This document shows positions 10,051-20,303 of a stretch of DNA of 64,000 bases, one piece after another. A program made the translations under genes and the position numbers. Every line of letters begins with the position of its first letter. The stretch's first letter is position 1. The stretch covers positions 1,642,158-1,706,157 of the forward strand of contig OZ244723.1 of NCBI GenBank assembly GCA_965219325.1, in the 5' to 3' direction. The notes under the pieces are model-generated. The model was not told where the DNA came from. It did no database searches and was given only the letters and a program-made list of their open reading frames with translations. Source of the DNA: Dehalococcoidia bacterium (GTDB lineage: Bacteria > Chloroflexota > Dehalococcoidia > Lucifugimonadales > UBA2962).

Positions 10051-10437
10051 CTAGGCCTGGCGAGTTCTCGGGCGGCCGCGTCGCCTGCGCTCGCTTAGCC
10101 AGAAATAGATGGCATCGTCAGTGCGTCTAATCTCGATGTCTCTTCCCGATGTGCGGGCCGCGTCTCCCAGCCTGCGTCTGACCGTCGAGAGAGTTTCTCC
10201 CTCGGAGGCGACCGCCTTGCCGGCGGACCCGGGTGACAGCCCATTCACACTCTCGAGATACGCGGCCAGTTCTTTTTGTCTCTTGCCACCGCCGGTGAGT
10301 CTCCGGGCTTCCTCGACGGACGTGGTCGTGAACTGTGGCATTGCTTTGTCAGCCTCCAGCATCGGATTTGGCAAGGCAAATGGTATGTCAAACGCGGGGA
10401 GTGTGGCACCTAATCTGCATGGTGACGCAAACTCCAT
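10051..10437 (-). CDS. Hypothetical protein
   Basis: 128-aa ORF with a basic C-terminus (RRRRGRPRTRQA). No recognisable motif. Confidence 0.3.
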   Translation of the reverse strand: MEFASPCRLGATLPAFDIPFALPNPMLEADKAMPQFTTTSVEEARRLTGGGKRQKELAAYLESVNGLSPGSAGKAVASEGETLSTVRRRLGDAARTSGRDIEIRRTDDAIYFWLSERRRRGRPRTRQA

Positions 10438-10745
10438 CGCCTACGTTTTGACGTCCTAAGGAGTGACGGGATACCGGAGAGGAATTCATGCAACAGGTTC
10501 GCCTTTGGGAAGTGGTCTCCGACCGAGAGCTCAGGGAGATGAGCAGCGCCTCGATCGATTCCGAATCACGGCTGGAGGGCTTGCTGGTAAGCGAAATCTC
10601 GCTTCTCGATCCGGATCTGCTGGTCATAGGAACGCGAATACGAACGAGTTTCGGCGGGGAGATAGACATACTGAGCCCGATAGAGCCGGCAACACCGTAG
10701 TAACCGGACTCGAGAGGACCAATTCATCCAGGTGGTCATCCAGCC

Positions 10746-11351
10746 CTAAGATGCCGCCTCGATCGAAACGAAAATCCTTTTCAGTTTGGTTGAGAACTGC
10801 GTGACCACCCTGACGTCATCGAATATCGCTGATCGTGGCGTTTCGCTGGCGCCAAGGTTATCCGCAAGCCAGTCTTGCGCCGCCTCGCTATCAGCTGGTG
10901 CAAGCACGTCGAGCAGCGCGGTGAAGATCATCACCACTTCCTCAGCCTCCGCTCGTTGAGGATCGATGAATAGCTCGACAGCTTCCGTGCGTCCGTGTCC
11001 GTCGTGGAATATATCGATGACATAGGCTGGTCCCCCATTCCTGAAATTGGCCATGCCGGACCGCCACTTATCGGTATGCGTATCAAACCTGATTCCGCCG
11101 AACGACGCCTCGATCGCCTGCGGGTTGACGGGAAGGGTGGGCGTCCTGTGGTCGAGATCGGAAGCGTGCTCGCCTCCCGGGGGTGTTGCCTCGCTGATGG
11201 TCCTGTCATGCGCTGGATCAGTGCAGGCAATGAAGACAACGGCCGACAGGAGGATGGCCGCGAGCCGTGTGGTCCATTTCCTCACGTGAACCCCCTCGTA
11301 GCACGGGACGGAACCACTTGCCACGGGGGGTCCTCGGCCCTCGCGGGCCAC
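10746..11351 (-). CDS. Putative lipoprotein
   Basis: The ORF contains a signal-like RLAAILLSAVVFIAC (lipobox-like FIAC). The more likely start is the GTG near 11285. Confidence 0.45.
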   Translation of the reverse strand: MAREGRGPPVASGSVPCYEGVHVRKWTTRLAAILLSAVVFIACTDPAHDRTISEATPPGGEHASDLDHRTPTLPVNPQAIEASFGGIRFDTHTDKWRSGMANFRNGGPAYVIDIFHDGHGRTEAVELFIDPQRAEAEEVVMIFTALLDVLAPADSEAAQDWLADNLGASETPRSAIFDDVRVVTQFSTKLKRIFVSIEAAS

Positions 11352-11479
11352 ACGGGGGCATGAAAAGTCGTGTCCCCGTCCCGTGGAATCTACTCACCCA
11401 CGTCGCGGACGGATCGCGGTGCTGCCGTGGCGGGGCAGGGTTAGCAGTCGAGATGACCAATGGTGAGAGCCACGATTGC

Positions 11480-12277
11480 TCACTCGTTTCCGCCTTCGGT
11501 TGTTTCCGGTGCATTGATGACGTCCCGACCTTGGCTCACACTGGCGTCAAGTGTTGTGGGGAGCGCCTCCAGGTGCGGGTTGCTCAGAACCGCCCCGATG
11601 CACTCCCGGCTCCCGCCAACGTAGGTGTCGTACAGGTCGATGTCAGTCGCCACGCACCAGGCCCGATCCTCCGGCCACCATATGTTCGGCGAGTCGCCCC
11701 GGAAAGGCCAATCACCGGTGATAAATGCCATGATGGAGTCGACGGAACCACGGAACAGCAGGTAGTCTCGCCCTGGTGCTCTTACCCTGGCATTTGCCTT
11801 GTAGAGGCGCTTGTCGATGTTCCCATAGCCTTCCCAGAGGCAGAAGTAGCAATTGTCGGGAGTTGCGGTAAAGCCCCTGAGCGCCTGGACAAGGGCACTG
11901 CATTCCGCTTCGGGGATTGACCCAACCCGCGGATGGGAACCCCACGGCGGATCTTCGTACATGACGCCGGGGTCTTCACCCAGACCCGCGATGCGGTCAA
12001 ACTGCATCAGGGGATGGACGGTTCTTCCCGTCCACGAAGCCACCGTAGTCCATCGGACCGGTCGCGCCTCGTCACCGTCCAGATAGGCGGGATGAGGTAC
12101 CCGGGCATAAGCGGGGAACCCATCCGGAAGCAGGGACCGCAACGTCCCGAAGTTCGACAGGCTCTCCTCCACCCACCTGGCCTCCGACACGTCCTCGGAG
12201 AACTCCACACCATCAGGAGCAAGCTTCGTCATGTGGACCGATCGCGTGCATATGTGATCGAATTTCAAGCAAAGCAA
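11480..12277 (-). CDS. Hypothetical protein (conserved-looking, unknown function)
   Basis: 265-aa ORF with coding-like composition. The likely start is MTKLAPDG near 12232. No catalytic motif recognised. Confidence 0.5.
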   Translation of the reverse strand: MLCLKFDHICTRSVHMTKLAPDGVEFSEDVSEARWVEESLSNFGTLRSLLPDGFPAYARVPHPAYLDGDEARPVRWTTVASWTGRTVHPLMQFDRIAGLGEDPGVMYEDPPWGSHPRVGSIPEAECSALVQALRGFTATPDNCYFCLWEGYGNIDKRLYKANARVRAPGRDYLLFRGSVDSIMAFITGDWPFRGDSPNIWWPEDRAWCVATDIDLYDTYVGGSRECIGAVLSNPHLEALPTTLDASVSQGRDVINAPETTEGGNE

Positions 12278-12483
12278 GTCCAGTCTGGGGGCGATACGGA
12301 TTGGGTTCCAATTGATGTGACGCTAATGGCCGACAGTTATACCTACGGTGACTATGAAGTCCTTGGACCAGGAGCGGACAAAGAAAGAGAAGACTGGACG
12401 CAGGTTGTCCTTACAGGCGATGAAGACTGGAGTGGTGTGGATAAGCCGATCGTATTCAGTTTGTCGCTAGAGCTGGTGTGACG

Positions 12484-15400
12484 GGTCTATCCCCGCGTCT
12501 GCGGGGGAACCGCCGACCCGTACACCGCCCCGGCAGACGACCCAGGTCTATCCCCGCGTCTGCGGGGGAACCGATCGGGCGGTACTATCCATTGCGATCA
12601 TAGCCGGTCTATCCCCGCGTCTGCGGGGGAACCATGGCGTTGCCCATCCGGTCTATGCCGTGAGTGGGTCTATCCCCGCGTCTGCGGGGGAACCTCGGCG
12701 ACGGACTTGATGTTGGAGATCGACTTCGGTCTATCCCCGCGTCTGCGGGGGAACCTTCGTGCCATTTGCGGGCGTCCGCTTCCAGCCGGGTCTATCCCCG
12801 CGTCTGCGGGGGAACCATCGGCGTGATTCTGCTGGGGGTCCTGTCCGTGGGTCTATCCCCGCGTCTGCGGGGGAACCGCTCGCGCTCACCAGCTCGCTCA
12901 AATTGCTCGAGGTCTATCCCCGCGTCTGCGGGGGAACCGGCGGCTTCCCGGGGCGAGTGAAACCGGGAGACGGTCTATCCCCGCGTCTGCGGGGGAACCT
13001 GCTACCTCGCGGCGGGTGTCCCTCCTGGCATCGGTCTATCCCCGCGTCTGCGGGGGAACCTGCTACCTCGCGGCGGGTGTCCCTCCTGGCATCGGTCTAT
13101 CCCCGCGTCTGCGGGGGAACCCTGCTAGGGAAGAACGAGATCGACGCGTCTCAGGGTCTATCCCCGCGTCTGCGGGGGAACCGATCTACCCCGGGGAGCC
13201 GGCCAGCTCAAACTAGGTCTATCCCCGCGTCTGCGGGGGAACCGTGATCCCCCAGGCCGCCCGAATCCAACTGATAGGTCTATCCCCGCGTCTGCGGGGG
13301 AACCGATCTACCCCGGGGAGCCGGCCAGCTCAAACTAGGTCTATCCCCGCGTCTGCGGGGGAACCGTGATCCCCCAGGCCGCCCGAATCCAACTGATAGG
13401 TCTATCCCCGCGTCTGCGGGGGAACCGAACCGGCCTTTTGTAGTGGAATCGCGCCCCGAGGTCTATCCCCGCGTCTGCGGGGGAACCCCAGGAGGGACAC
13501 CCGCCGCGAGGTAGCACTCGGGTCTATCCCCGCGTCTGCGGGGGAACCACTCGGGTGGCTATCTCTGTCTGCTTGCTAAGGGGTCTATCCCCGCGTCTGC
13601 GGGGGAACCGGCGTCCCCGCTCTGGCGAATAGACTCGAACCAGGTCTATCCCCGCGTCTGCGGGGGAACCAATCTCTGACAGCTGCAGGGCTAAGGTTGC
13701 TAGGGTCTATCCCCGCGTCTGCGGGGGAACCACCTGATGCGTGCGCTCCCGGGCCTCAGTGCCGGGTCTATCCCCGCGTCTGCGGGGGAACCAAGACCTG
13801 GGGGGAGGACGGCTGGACCGTCAAGGGTCTATCCCCGCGTCTGCGGGGGAACCGTTTCGCGACCGCGCGGCGTGCCCAGCAGGAGGGGTCTATCCCCGCG
13901 TCTGCGGGGGAACCTATCAAGTGTAGCGTTTGGTCGGGTGCAACATAGGTCTATCCCCGCGTCTGCGGGGGAACCGCTGAGCCGGCCCTTGACTATGTAC
14001 GTGTCCAGGGTCTATCCCCGCGTCTGCGGGGGAACCTGATATCGCGGGTCTTCAAGTCCACCCCTCGGAGGTCTATCCCCGCGTCTGCGGGGGAACCTCG
14101 AACCTTCGGTCCTGACGCTCGGCCCAATCAGGTCTATCCCCGCGTCTGCGGGGGAACCGACCTCATCCTCGTGCTGAGTGCGCTGCTGAAGGGTCTATCC
14201 CCGCGTCTGCGGGGGAACCGCCACGCTCCCGCAGTCGCTCGATCGGGGGGGAGGTCTATCCCCGCGTCTGCGGGGGAACCTCTCGGGGGCCCCTTCAGTG
14301 ACCAGCTATCGACGGTCTATCCCCGCGTCTGCGGGGGAACCCACGGACCCCTGTAGCGACTGCGACGGGAACCAGGTCTATCCCCGCGTCTGCGGGGGAA
14401 CCGGTTCCGTACGCGAGACCCTGTCCAATAAGCCGGGTCTATCCCCGCGTCTGCGGGGGAACCTTGAGCGGGACTCGACGAGCCGTGCCATCAAGCGGTC
14501 TATCCCCGCGTCTGCGGGGGAACCGGCGTGTCCACGGCGGGGACCGCCTGGCCCACGGGTCTATCCCCGCGTCTGCGGGGGAACCGGCGTGTCCACGGCG
14601 GGGACCGCCTGGCCCACGGGTCTATCCCCGCGTCTGCGGGGGAACCGACCTATCGGGCGTTCTTCTGGCTGATATCGACGGTCTATCCCCGCGTCTGCGG
14701 GGGAACCAGGGACGCGCAGCGCGAACGGAACCGGGACCGCGGTCTATCCCCGCGTCTGCGGGGGAACCGGAACTCTGCGGGTTGGTAGTAAGGGAGCTCT
14801 GGGTCTATCCCCGCGTCTGCGGGGGAACCCTTTGCAAGCGCGCTGCCCGAGGGTGCCGTTCCGGTCTATCCCCGCGTCTGCGGGGGAACCCGGGTGAGCT
14901 CCTGAAACTCGGCGGATGTCGCCGGTCTATCCCCGCGTCTGCGGGGGAACCGCAGGCGGCATAATGGCAAGAAACTAGGTAGTCGGTCTATCCCCGCGTC
15001 TGCGGGGGAACCACCGGCCGCGACGTTCTCTAGGACTGTGTCATCGGTCTATCCCCGCGTCTGCGGGGGAACCTTGCGCACCATCGCTATGTCCGTGCCG
15101 GTCGCGGGTCTATCCCCGCGTCTGCGGGGGAACCTCATTCACGTAGTGGTCAAGTGAGTCGGCAAGCGGTCTATCCCCGCGTCTGCGGGGGAACCTGACG
15201 GCGCCGGTATTGACGGGAAACACGCTGAGGTCTATCCCCGCGTCTGCGGGGGAACCTTGCGCACCATCGCTATGTCCGTGCCGGTCGCGGGTCTATCCCC
15301 GCGTCTGCGGGGGAACCACCACCCCGAGCTGATGGTGGGGGCCCTTTTCCGGTCTATCCCCGCGTCTGCGGGGGAACCCGTCGGCAATCCCCTCGGGCCG

Positions 15401-18187
15401 GACCTGTCGTTGGTCTATCCCCGCGTCTGCGGGGGAACCTCTAGTGGCGGCCACCACGGGGATCGTCGATGGGGTCTATCCCCGCGTCTGCGGGGGAACC
15501 GTATCGCTGGCAACCCCGCTTGGTCGTCTGTCAGGTCTATCCCCGCGTCTGCGGGGGAACCCAGGAAAAAGCGCACATCGTCTAAGGGGTCGCCGGTCTA
15601 TCCCCGCGTCTGCGGGGGAACCAAGGCCGTCCCGGTATGGCTGTGAACAGCCCGAGGTCTATCCCCGCGTCTGCGGGGGAACCTGTCCGACCCGGACTTT
15701 GCGGGGCTGGCGGCCCGGTCTATCCCCGCGTCTGCGGGGGAACCTCTAGTGGCGGCCACCACGGGGATCGTCGATGGGGTCTATCCCCGCGTCTGCGGGG
15801 GAACCCTTGGTAGGGAGACCATACTGGAGGCTGGATCGGGTCTATCCCCGCGTCTGCGGGGGAACCCTCCAGACGTTTCCGAGGGTCGCCTATGTTCACG
15901 GTCTATCCCCGCGTCTGCGGGGGAACCATCCACGTCAGCAGCACCGCCACTATCACGACGGGTCTATCCCCGCGTCTGCGGGGGAACCTCTTCAAGGAGA
16001 ACCATGAGCGACGTTACCTATGGTCTATCCCCGCGTCTGCGGGGGAACCCCATCGAAATGTCGGCCTGGGTCCTTTTGCTGAGGTCTATCCCCGCGTCTG
16101 CGGGGGAACCTGTCACCACCCGCAAGAACCATGCGCAGGGCAGGGTCTATCCCCGCGTCTGCGGGGGAACCACGGACCCGGACACGGACCCCATCACCTA
16201 CAGCGGTCTATCCCCGCGTCTGCGGGGGAACCTTGCCGTTGGCCTGGGTATCGGGAACGTTGCGAGGTCTATCCCCGCGTCTGCGGGGGAACCCTCCAGA
16301 CGTTTCCGAGGGTCGCCTATGTTCACGGTCTATCCCCGCGTCTGCGGGGGAACCATCCACGTCAGCAGCACCGCCACTATCACGACGGGTCTATCCCCGC
16401 GTCTGCGGGGGAACCTCTTCAAGGAGAACCATGAGCGACGTTACCTATGGTCTATCCCCGCGTCTGCGGGGGAACCCCATCGAAATGTCGGCCTGGGTCC
16501 TTTTGCTGAGGTCTATCCCCGCGTCTGCGGGGGAACCTGTCACCACCCGCAAGAACCATGCGCAGGGCAGGGTCTATCCCCGCGTCTGCGGGGGAACCAC
16601 GGACCCGGACACGGACCCCATCACCTACAGCGGTCTATCCCCGCGTCTGCGGGGGAACCTTGCCGTTGGCCTGGGTATCGGGAACGTTGCGAGGTCTATC
16701 CCCGCGTCTGCGGGGGAACCCTAATGGTGCCGGTCGTCGTCGGGGCGGGCCTGCTGGGTCTATCCCCGCGTCTGCGGGGGAACCCCCATGGGGATGGGCG
16801 TGCCGGAAATGGGCGATGGTCTATCCCCGCGTCTGCGGGGGAACCACGCGCAAAGCTCCTGTCGATCTCCGGCAAGACGGTCTATCCCCGCGTCTGCGGG
16901 GGAACCACATAAGCCGGGAGCCGGTCGGTACCTGTACGTGGTCTATCCCCGCGTCTGCGGGGGAACCGCCGGTAGATCGGCGCTGCGCGGCATCGGATAG
17001 GGTCTATCCCCGCGTCTGCGGGGGAACCATGGTAGAGGAGGTAGGAATCGAACCTACGGCCGGTCTATCCCCGCGTCTGCGGGGGAACCAAGATAGGACG
17101 GGATGGAACTCGTGCGGAGGTCGGTCTATCCCCGCGTCTGCGGGGGAACCTCCGGCGTTTGGCTCTCCTGCATGGTGGCGATCGGTCTATCCCCGCGTCT
17201 GCGGGGGAACCGGAGATCAGGGGCCCTGTGGACGATCCAAGACCGGTCTATCCCCGCGTCTGCGGGGGAACCTCGGCTGGTCTGTCCGTCTCGGTCAAGA
17301 ACACCGGTCTATCCCCGCGTCTGCGGGGGAACCGCCGATCGGCACTCTACAGGGCCCGCAAAGAGCGGTCTATCCCCGCGTCTGCGGGGGAACCAAAGCG
17401 ACAATCGCGAGTGCCAACACCGCCCGGGGTCTATCCCCGCGTCTGCGGGGGAACCAGCGGGTCAGCGTCGGTGAGGTCCTTGGGTATCGGTCTATCCCCG
17501 CGTCTGCGGGGGAACCCATACGCCGTTGCGGGTGCGGGCCTTCGCCTTGGGTCTATCCCCGCGTCTGCGGGGGAACCCGTTCACCGGCCTCGGCGGTCGC
17601 ATGGATGAGCGGTCTATCCCCGCGTCTGCGGGGGAACCTGCACTGACACGCAGCCCTGTTATTGGGTCGTCGGTCTATCCCCGCGTCTGCGGGGGAACCC
17701 CTAGCCTCTTTAGGACAGTCTCGCGTGTCTGGGGTCTATCCCCGCGTCTGCGGGGGAACCCTGCTTTCGTGGTAGATGTCTCTCCGATCCATAGGTCTAT
17801 CCCCGCGTCTGCGGGGGAACCAATAGCAGGGGGCGGACGCAGAACAGGTCCCGGGGTCTATCCCCGCGTCTGCGGGGGAACCGGCCGTGGACGCCGCCCG
17901 CGAGGCCGCCCGGCCGGTCTATCCCCGCGTCTGCGGGGGAACCCCTACTCTGTGCGGGGGGACCGTCACGTTCCGCGGTCTATCCCCGCGTCTGCGGGGG
18001 AACCAGTGAGGCGCGGGAGCGCACGCATCAGGTGATGGGTCTATCCCCGCGTCTGCGGGGGAACCAATCGCGATACGTTCGCGGATGGGCTCTATGAGGG
18101 TCTATCCCCGCGTCTGCGGGGGAACCGCGAATAGCCGACCTCTTTTAGAAAATCCGCCGGGTCTATCCCCGCGTCTGCGGGGGAACC
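12484..18187 (-). CRISPR. Type I-E CRISPR array: 94 repeats, 93 spacers
   Basis: The plus-strand repeat is GGTCTATCCCCGCGTCTGCGGGGGAACC. Its crRNA sense on the minus strand is GGTTCCCCCGCAGACGCGGGGATAGACC, the I-E GTTCCCCGC...GCGGGGAT form. Period is 61 nt (28-nt repeat plus 33-nt spacer), with one 36-nt spacer. Orientation follows the repeat form and the adjacent cas2. Confidence 0.97.
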
Positions 18188-18242
18188 CCTTAAGTTACGA
18201 TAGTATGTATCGCGGTTCGTGATAGTCAGTCGGCGGGTTGGC
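18188..18242 (-). promoter_or_regulatory. Putative CRISPR leader (short, AT-richer)
   Basis: A 55-nt gap lies between the cas2 stop (18243) and the first repeat. The minus strand reads ...GATACATACTATCGTAACTTAAGG directly before the repeat. Confidence 0.5.
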
Positions 18243-18530
18243 CTAGTGGTACTTGACCAGATACACGCCGTCGGCATCGACGATGTCCTTGGGAGCGTCC
18301 CCAAGGGTACGAATTCGCTGTTCGCCTACGGCGGACGTATCGCGCCACGTCATCACTATCGAGCCCTGTCCCAGTTCGTAGTACCACTGGGTCAGTACGT
18401 CCCAGATCCTCTCCCTGATTCCGCCGGTCATTTGCGGAGACGTGTAAACACCCGGGGCTATTTCCAGCATTGCAGATGCTAGAAATCCTCGATAGCGCGC
18501 CTCCACGTTGACTGTGACGACCACAGTCAT
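18243..18530 (-). CDS. cas2: CRISPR-associated endoribonuclease Cas2 (I-E)
   Basis: 95 aa, beginning MTVVVTVNVEARYRGFL. Overlaps the cas1 stop by 4 nt. Position in the I-E operon is as expected. Confidence 0.9.
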   Translation of the reverse strand: MTVVVTVNVEARYRGFLASAMLEIAPGVYTSPQMTGGIRERIWDVLTQWYYELGQGSIVMTWRDTSAVGEQRIRTLGDAPKDIVDADGVYLVKYH

Positions 18531-19471
18531 GGAGTTACCTCTGGCTCCTCAGACAGCTCACCTGGCGGGGCCGCCAGCTCGTCTTGGGGGACAGCGACGT
18601 CATCGAAGAGCGTCTTTATACGGTCAATCATCTTTGAAATCACGCGCTCTGTCCGGAGCATCTCTCCGGTGGTGCGCCTAGTGTGCCGTTCGATGTTCAA
18701 CGCAGGGTTGTCAGTCACAGCCTTGGCCGATTTGAGCGCGGCGGGCAGAAGGACCGTGTCTCGGAACAGGTCGGCTATGTCCAAGGCGAAGGCGTCGCCG
18801 CTGTGTTCATGTATGAAGCCAAGTTGAGGAATTGCGCCGACGGCGGTCACGGCGATCACGGCCCCCGAGGTCACGGCAACGGAGGCGTGATTGATGGCTT
18901 GGTTCGGAATGTCCGCAGCCAGCGGGTTCGACCGGTCGTAACGGCGACCACGCCATGTGATGCCATAGCGCTGCGCCAGAATTTGATAGGTGCGCTTCGC
19001 GCGGGCGCCTTCGATTCCACGAAGGGCGCTAAGGCTCTGATGGGGAAGTACCTCCCCAAGGCGTAGGGCGTACATCTTGCGGGCAATCGTTATGCGGCTT
19101 CCCTTTGGGTCGCCCCATGCGCGCATTTGTCGACGGGCTATGTCGGAGGTGTCCGGCATCAGAGGTGGGGCGGTATAACACCTGACGCCATCCTGGCCCA
19201 CGGCGACCAGAGCGGTGCCGTGGCGTCCCATCAGGCGCAGCGCGTCGTGGCTGACCGTGGAACCCGGGCCCAGCAGAATCGTTGACAGCGTCTGAAAGGG
19301 AATGCCGTACTCGCCGCCTTCCAGGGGGCTGGCTTCGTCCGGTTCATCCTGACGTTGGAACCGGAGTGTGCCGTCCCGCACCATGAGAGCGCCACGTGAC
19401 AGCCACAACAGGCCGTGACGGTCGGCGTGTGGAATCCTTGCGGTTTCAAGTCCCAAACGGCCCTTAAGCAT
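18527..19471 (-). CDS. cas1: CRISPR-associated integrase Cas1 (I-E)
   Basis: 314 aa with a Cas1e-like sequence (GALMVRDGTLRF, GFIHEHSGDAFALDIADLFR). Confidence 0.92.
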   Translation of the reverse strand: MLKGRLGLETARIPHADRHGLLWLSRGALMVRDGTLRFQRQDEPDEASPLEGGEYGIPFQTLSTILLGPGSTVSHDALRLMGRHGTALVAVGQDGVRCYTAPPLMPDTSDIARRQMRAWGDPKGSRITIARKMYALRLGEVLPHQSLSALRGIEGARAKRTYQILAQRYGITWRGRRYDRSNPLAADIPNQAINHASVAVTSGAVIAVTAVGAIPQLGFIHEHSGDAFALDIADLFRDTVLLPAALKSAKAVTDNPALNIERHTRRTTGEMLRTERVISKMIDRIKTLFDDVAVPQDELAAPPGELSEEPEVTP

Positions 19472-19484
19472 CGTGACTACACTC

Positions 19485-19512
19485 GCTTTCCCCGCGTGTG
19501 CGGGGCATATGG
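19485..19512 (-). repeat. Solitary CRISPR-repeat-like hairpin in the cas6e-cas1 intergenic region
   Basis: The minus strand reads TGCCCCGCACACGCGGGGAAAGC, against the array repeat TCCCCCGCAGACGCGGGGATAGAC. It has the same CCCCGC/GCGGGG stem and a 4-nt loop. Confidence 0.55.
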
Positions 19513-19550
19513 CAACGTGTTATTTGATTGGTAAGGTGCGTAACCGCCGG

Positions 19551-20303
19551 TCATCCGCGGGCCGGGCGAAGGAGCAGCATTCCATAGCCATAGGCGCGGT
19601 GCCGCCCGACGCCTCGGGCCAGCAGGCCCCGAAAACCGGCGGGGTCGATGATCGTGAGTATGCCGCGCATCAATGCGTCGGGCCCCTCGGTGTGGCGGGC
19701 GCGCAGCCTGCGGATGGCGCGGCTGCGTTGGAACGAAACCAGCTTGGTGTGCTCAATGTCCAGACTCGCCCCGCCGATTCTGTTGAGTTGGTCTGACAGC
19801 CAACCGGTATAGACCTCCTCCCGGCTGCGCTTCATTCCGCCCATTGGCTGCTGAACGGCCTCCCACAGGAATGCATCGCATTCTCCTGACGGGCGGTTTT
19901 CGGTGCGTCGGGAGCGCCGCACTATCGGGCGTATGCGTGTCTCGAAGCCGAGGCGTTTGCCAGCCTGCCACTGCGTGGGCATCGCCTTGCTGTTCAGCTT
20001 TTCGTTGGGTATGACCCGGCATTGCAGCGGGTCGGCGCAGATGGAGGCGGTTTCGCACAGGGCATCGGCGCCTGAGGGACCGTACCCGTAGAGGACACCG
20101 GTGGATCCTCCGCGCGGCACAATCAGGCGAAAGGGCTTGGGGGCCAGGTCTCCGAAGCACTCGCTCAGCAGGCAGTGCATGGCGTGGTCCGGGTCTCCAA
20201 GGCGTCTGACGCCCATCCACCTGTGGAACTCATTGACGTTGATTTCCGCGCGGATCATCTGCAGAACGGCCGGTTCGATCGTCGCTTCAGCTGTCATGGT
20301 CAT
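19551..20303 (-). CDS. cas6e: Cas6e (CasE) crRNA endoribonuclease
   Basis: This is the C-terminal 250 aa of the 520-aa ORF, starting MTMTAEATIEPAVLQMIRAEINVNEFHRWMG and ending with the glycine-rich GVGRHRAYGYGMLLL motif typical of Cas6e. The upstream 270 aa of that ORF overlap cas5e out of frame. Confidence 0.85.
   Translation of the reverse strand: MTMTAEATIEPAVLQMIRAEINVNEFHRWMGVRRLGDPDHAMHCLLSECFGDLAPKPFRLIVPRGGSTGVLYGYGPSGADALCETASICADPLQCRVIPNEKLNSKAMPTQWQAGKRLGFETRIRPIVRRSRRTENRPSGECDAFLWEAVQQPMGGMKRSREEVYTGWLSDQLNRIGGASLDIEHTKLVSFQRSRAIRRLRARHTEGPDALMRGILTIIDPAGFRGLLARGVGRHRAYGYGMLLLRPARG

Noticed and set aside
10488-10700. 70-aa ORF resembling the N-terminus of NucS/DUF91-type nucleases (LEGLLVSEISLLDPDLLVIGTRIRTSFGGEIDIL)
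   Set aside because: It stops before any catalytic core. It is possibly a gene fragment, but the similarity is only from memory and short.
12290-12481. Coding-looking tail (...DWVPIDVTLMADSYTYGDYEVLGPGADKEREDW...SLSLELV) ending 2 nt before the last CRISPR repeat
   Set aside because: It is probably a 3' gene fragment. There is no credible start, and its upstream part is antisense to the 265-aa gene. It is too weak to call as a feature.
12664-18035. Dozens of plus-strand ORFs (up to 387 aa) with recurring VYPRVCGGT / GLSPRLRGN / SIPASAGEP peptides
   Set aside because: They are three-frame translations of the 28-nt CRISPR repeat repeated every 61 nt. They are not genes.
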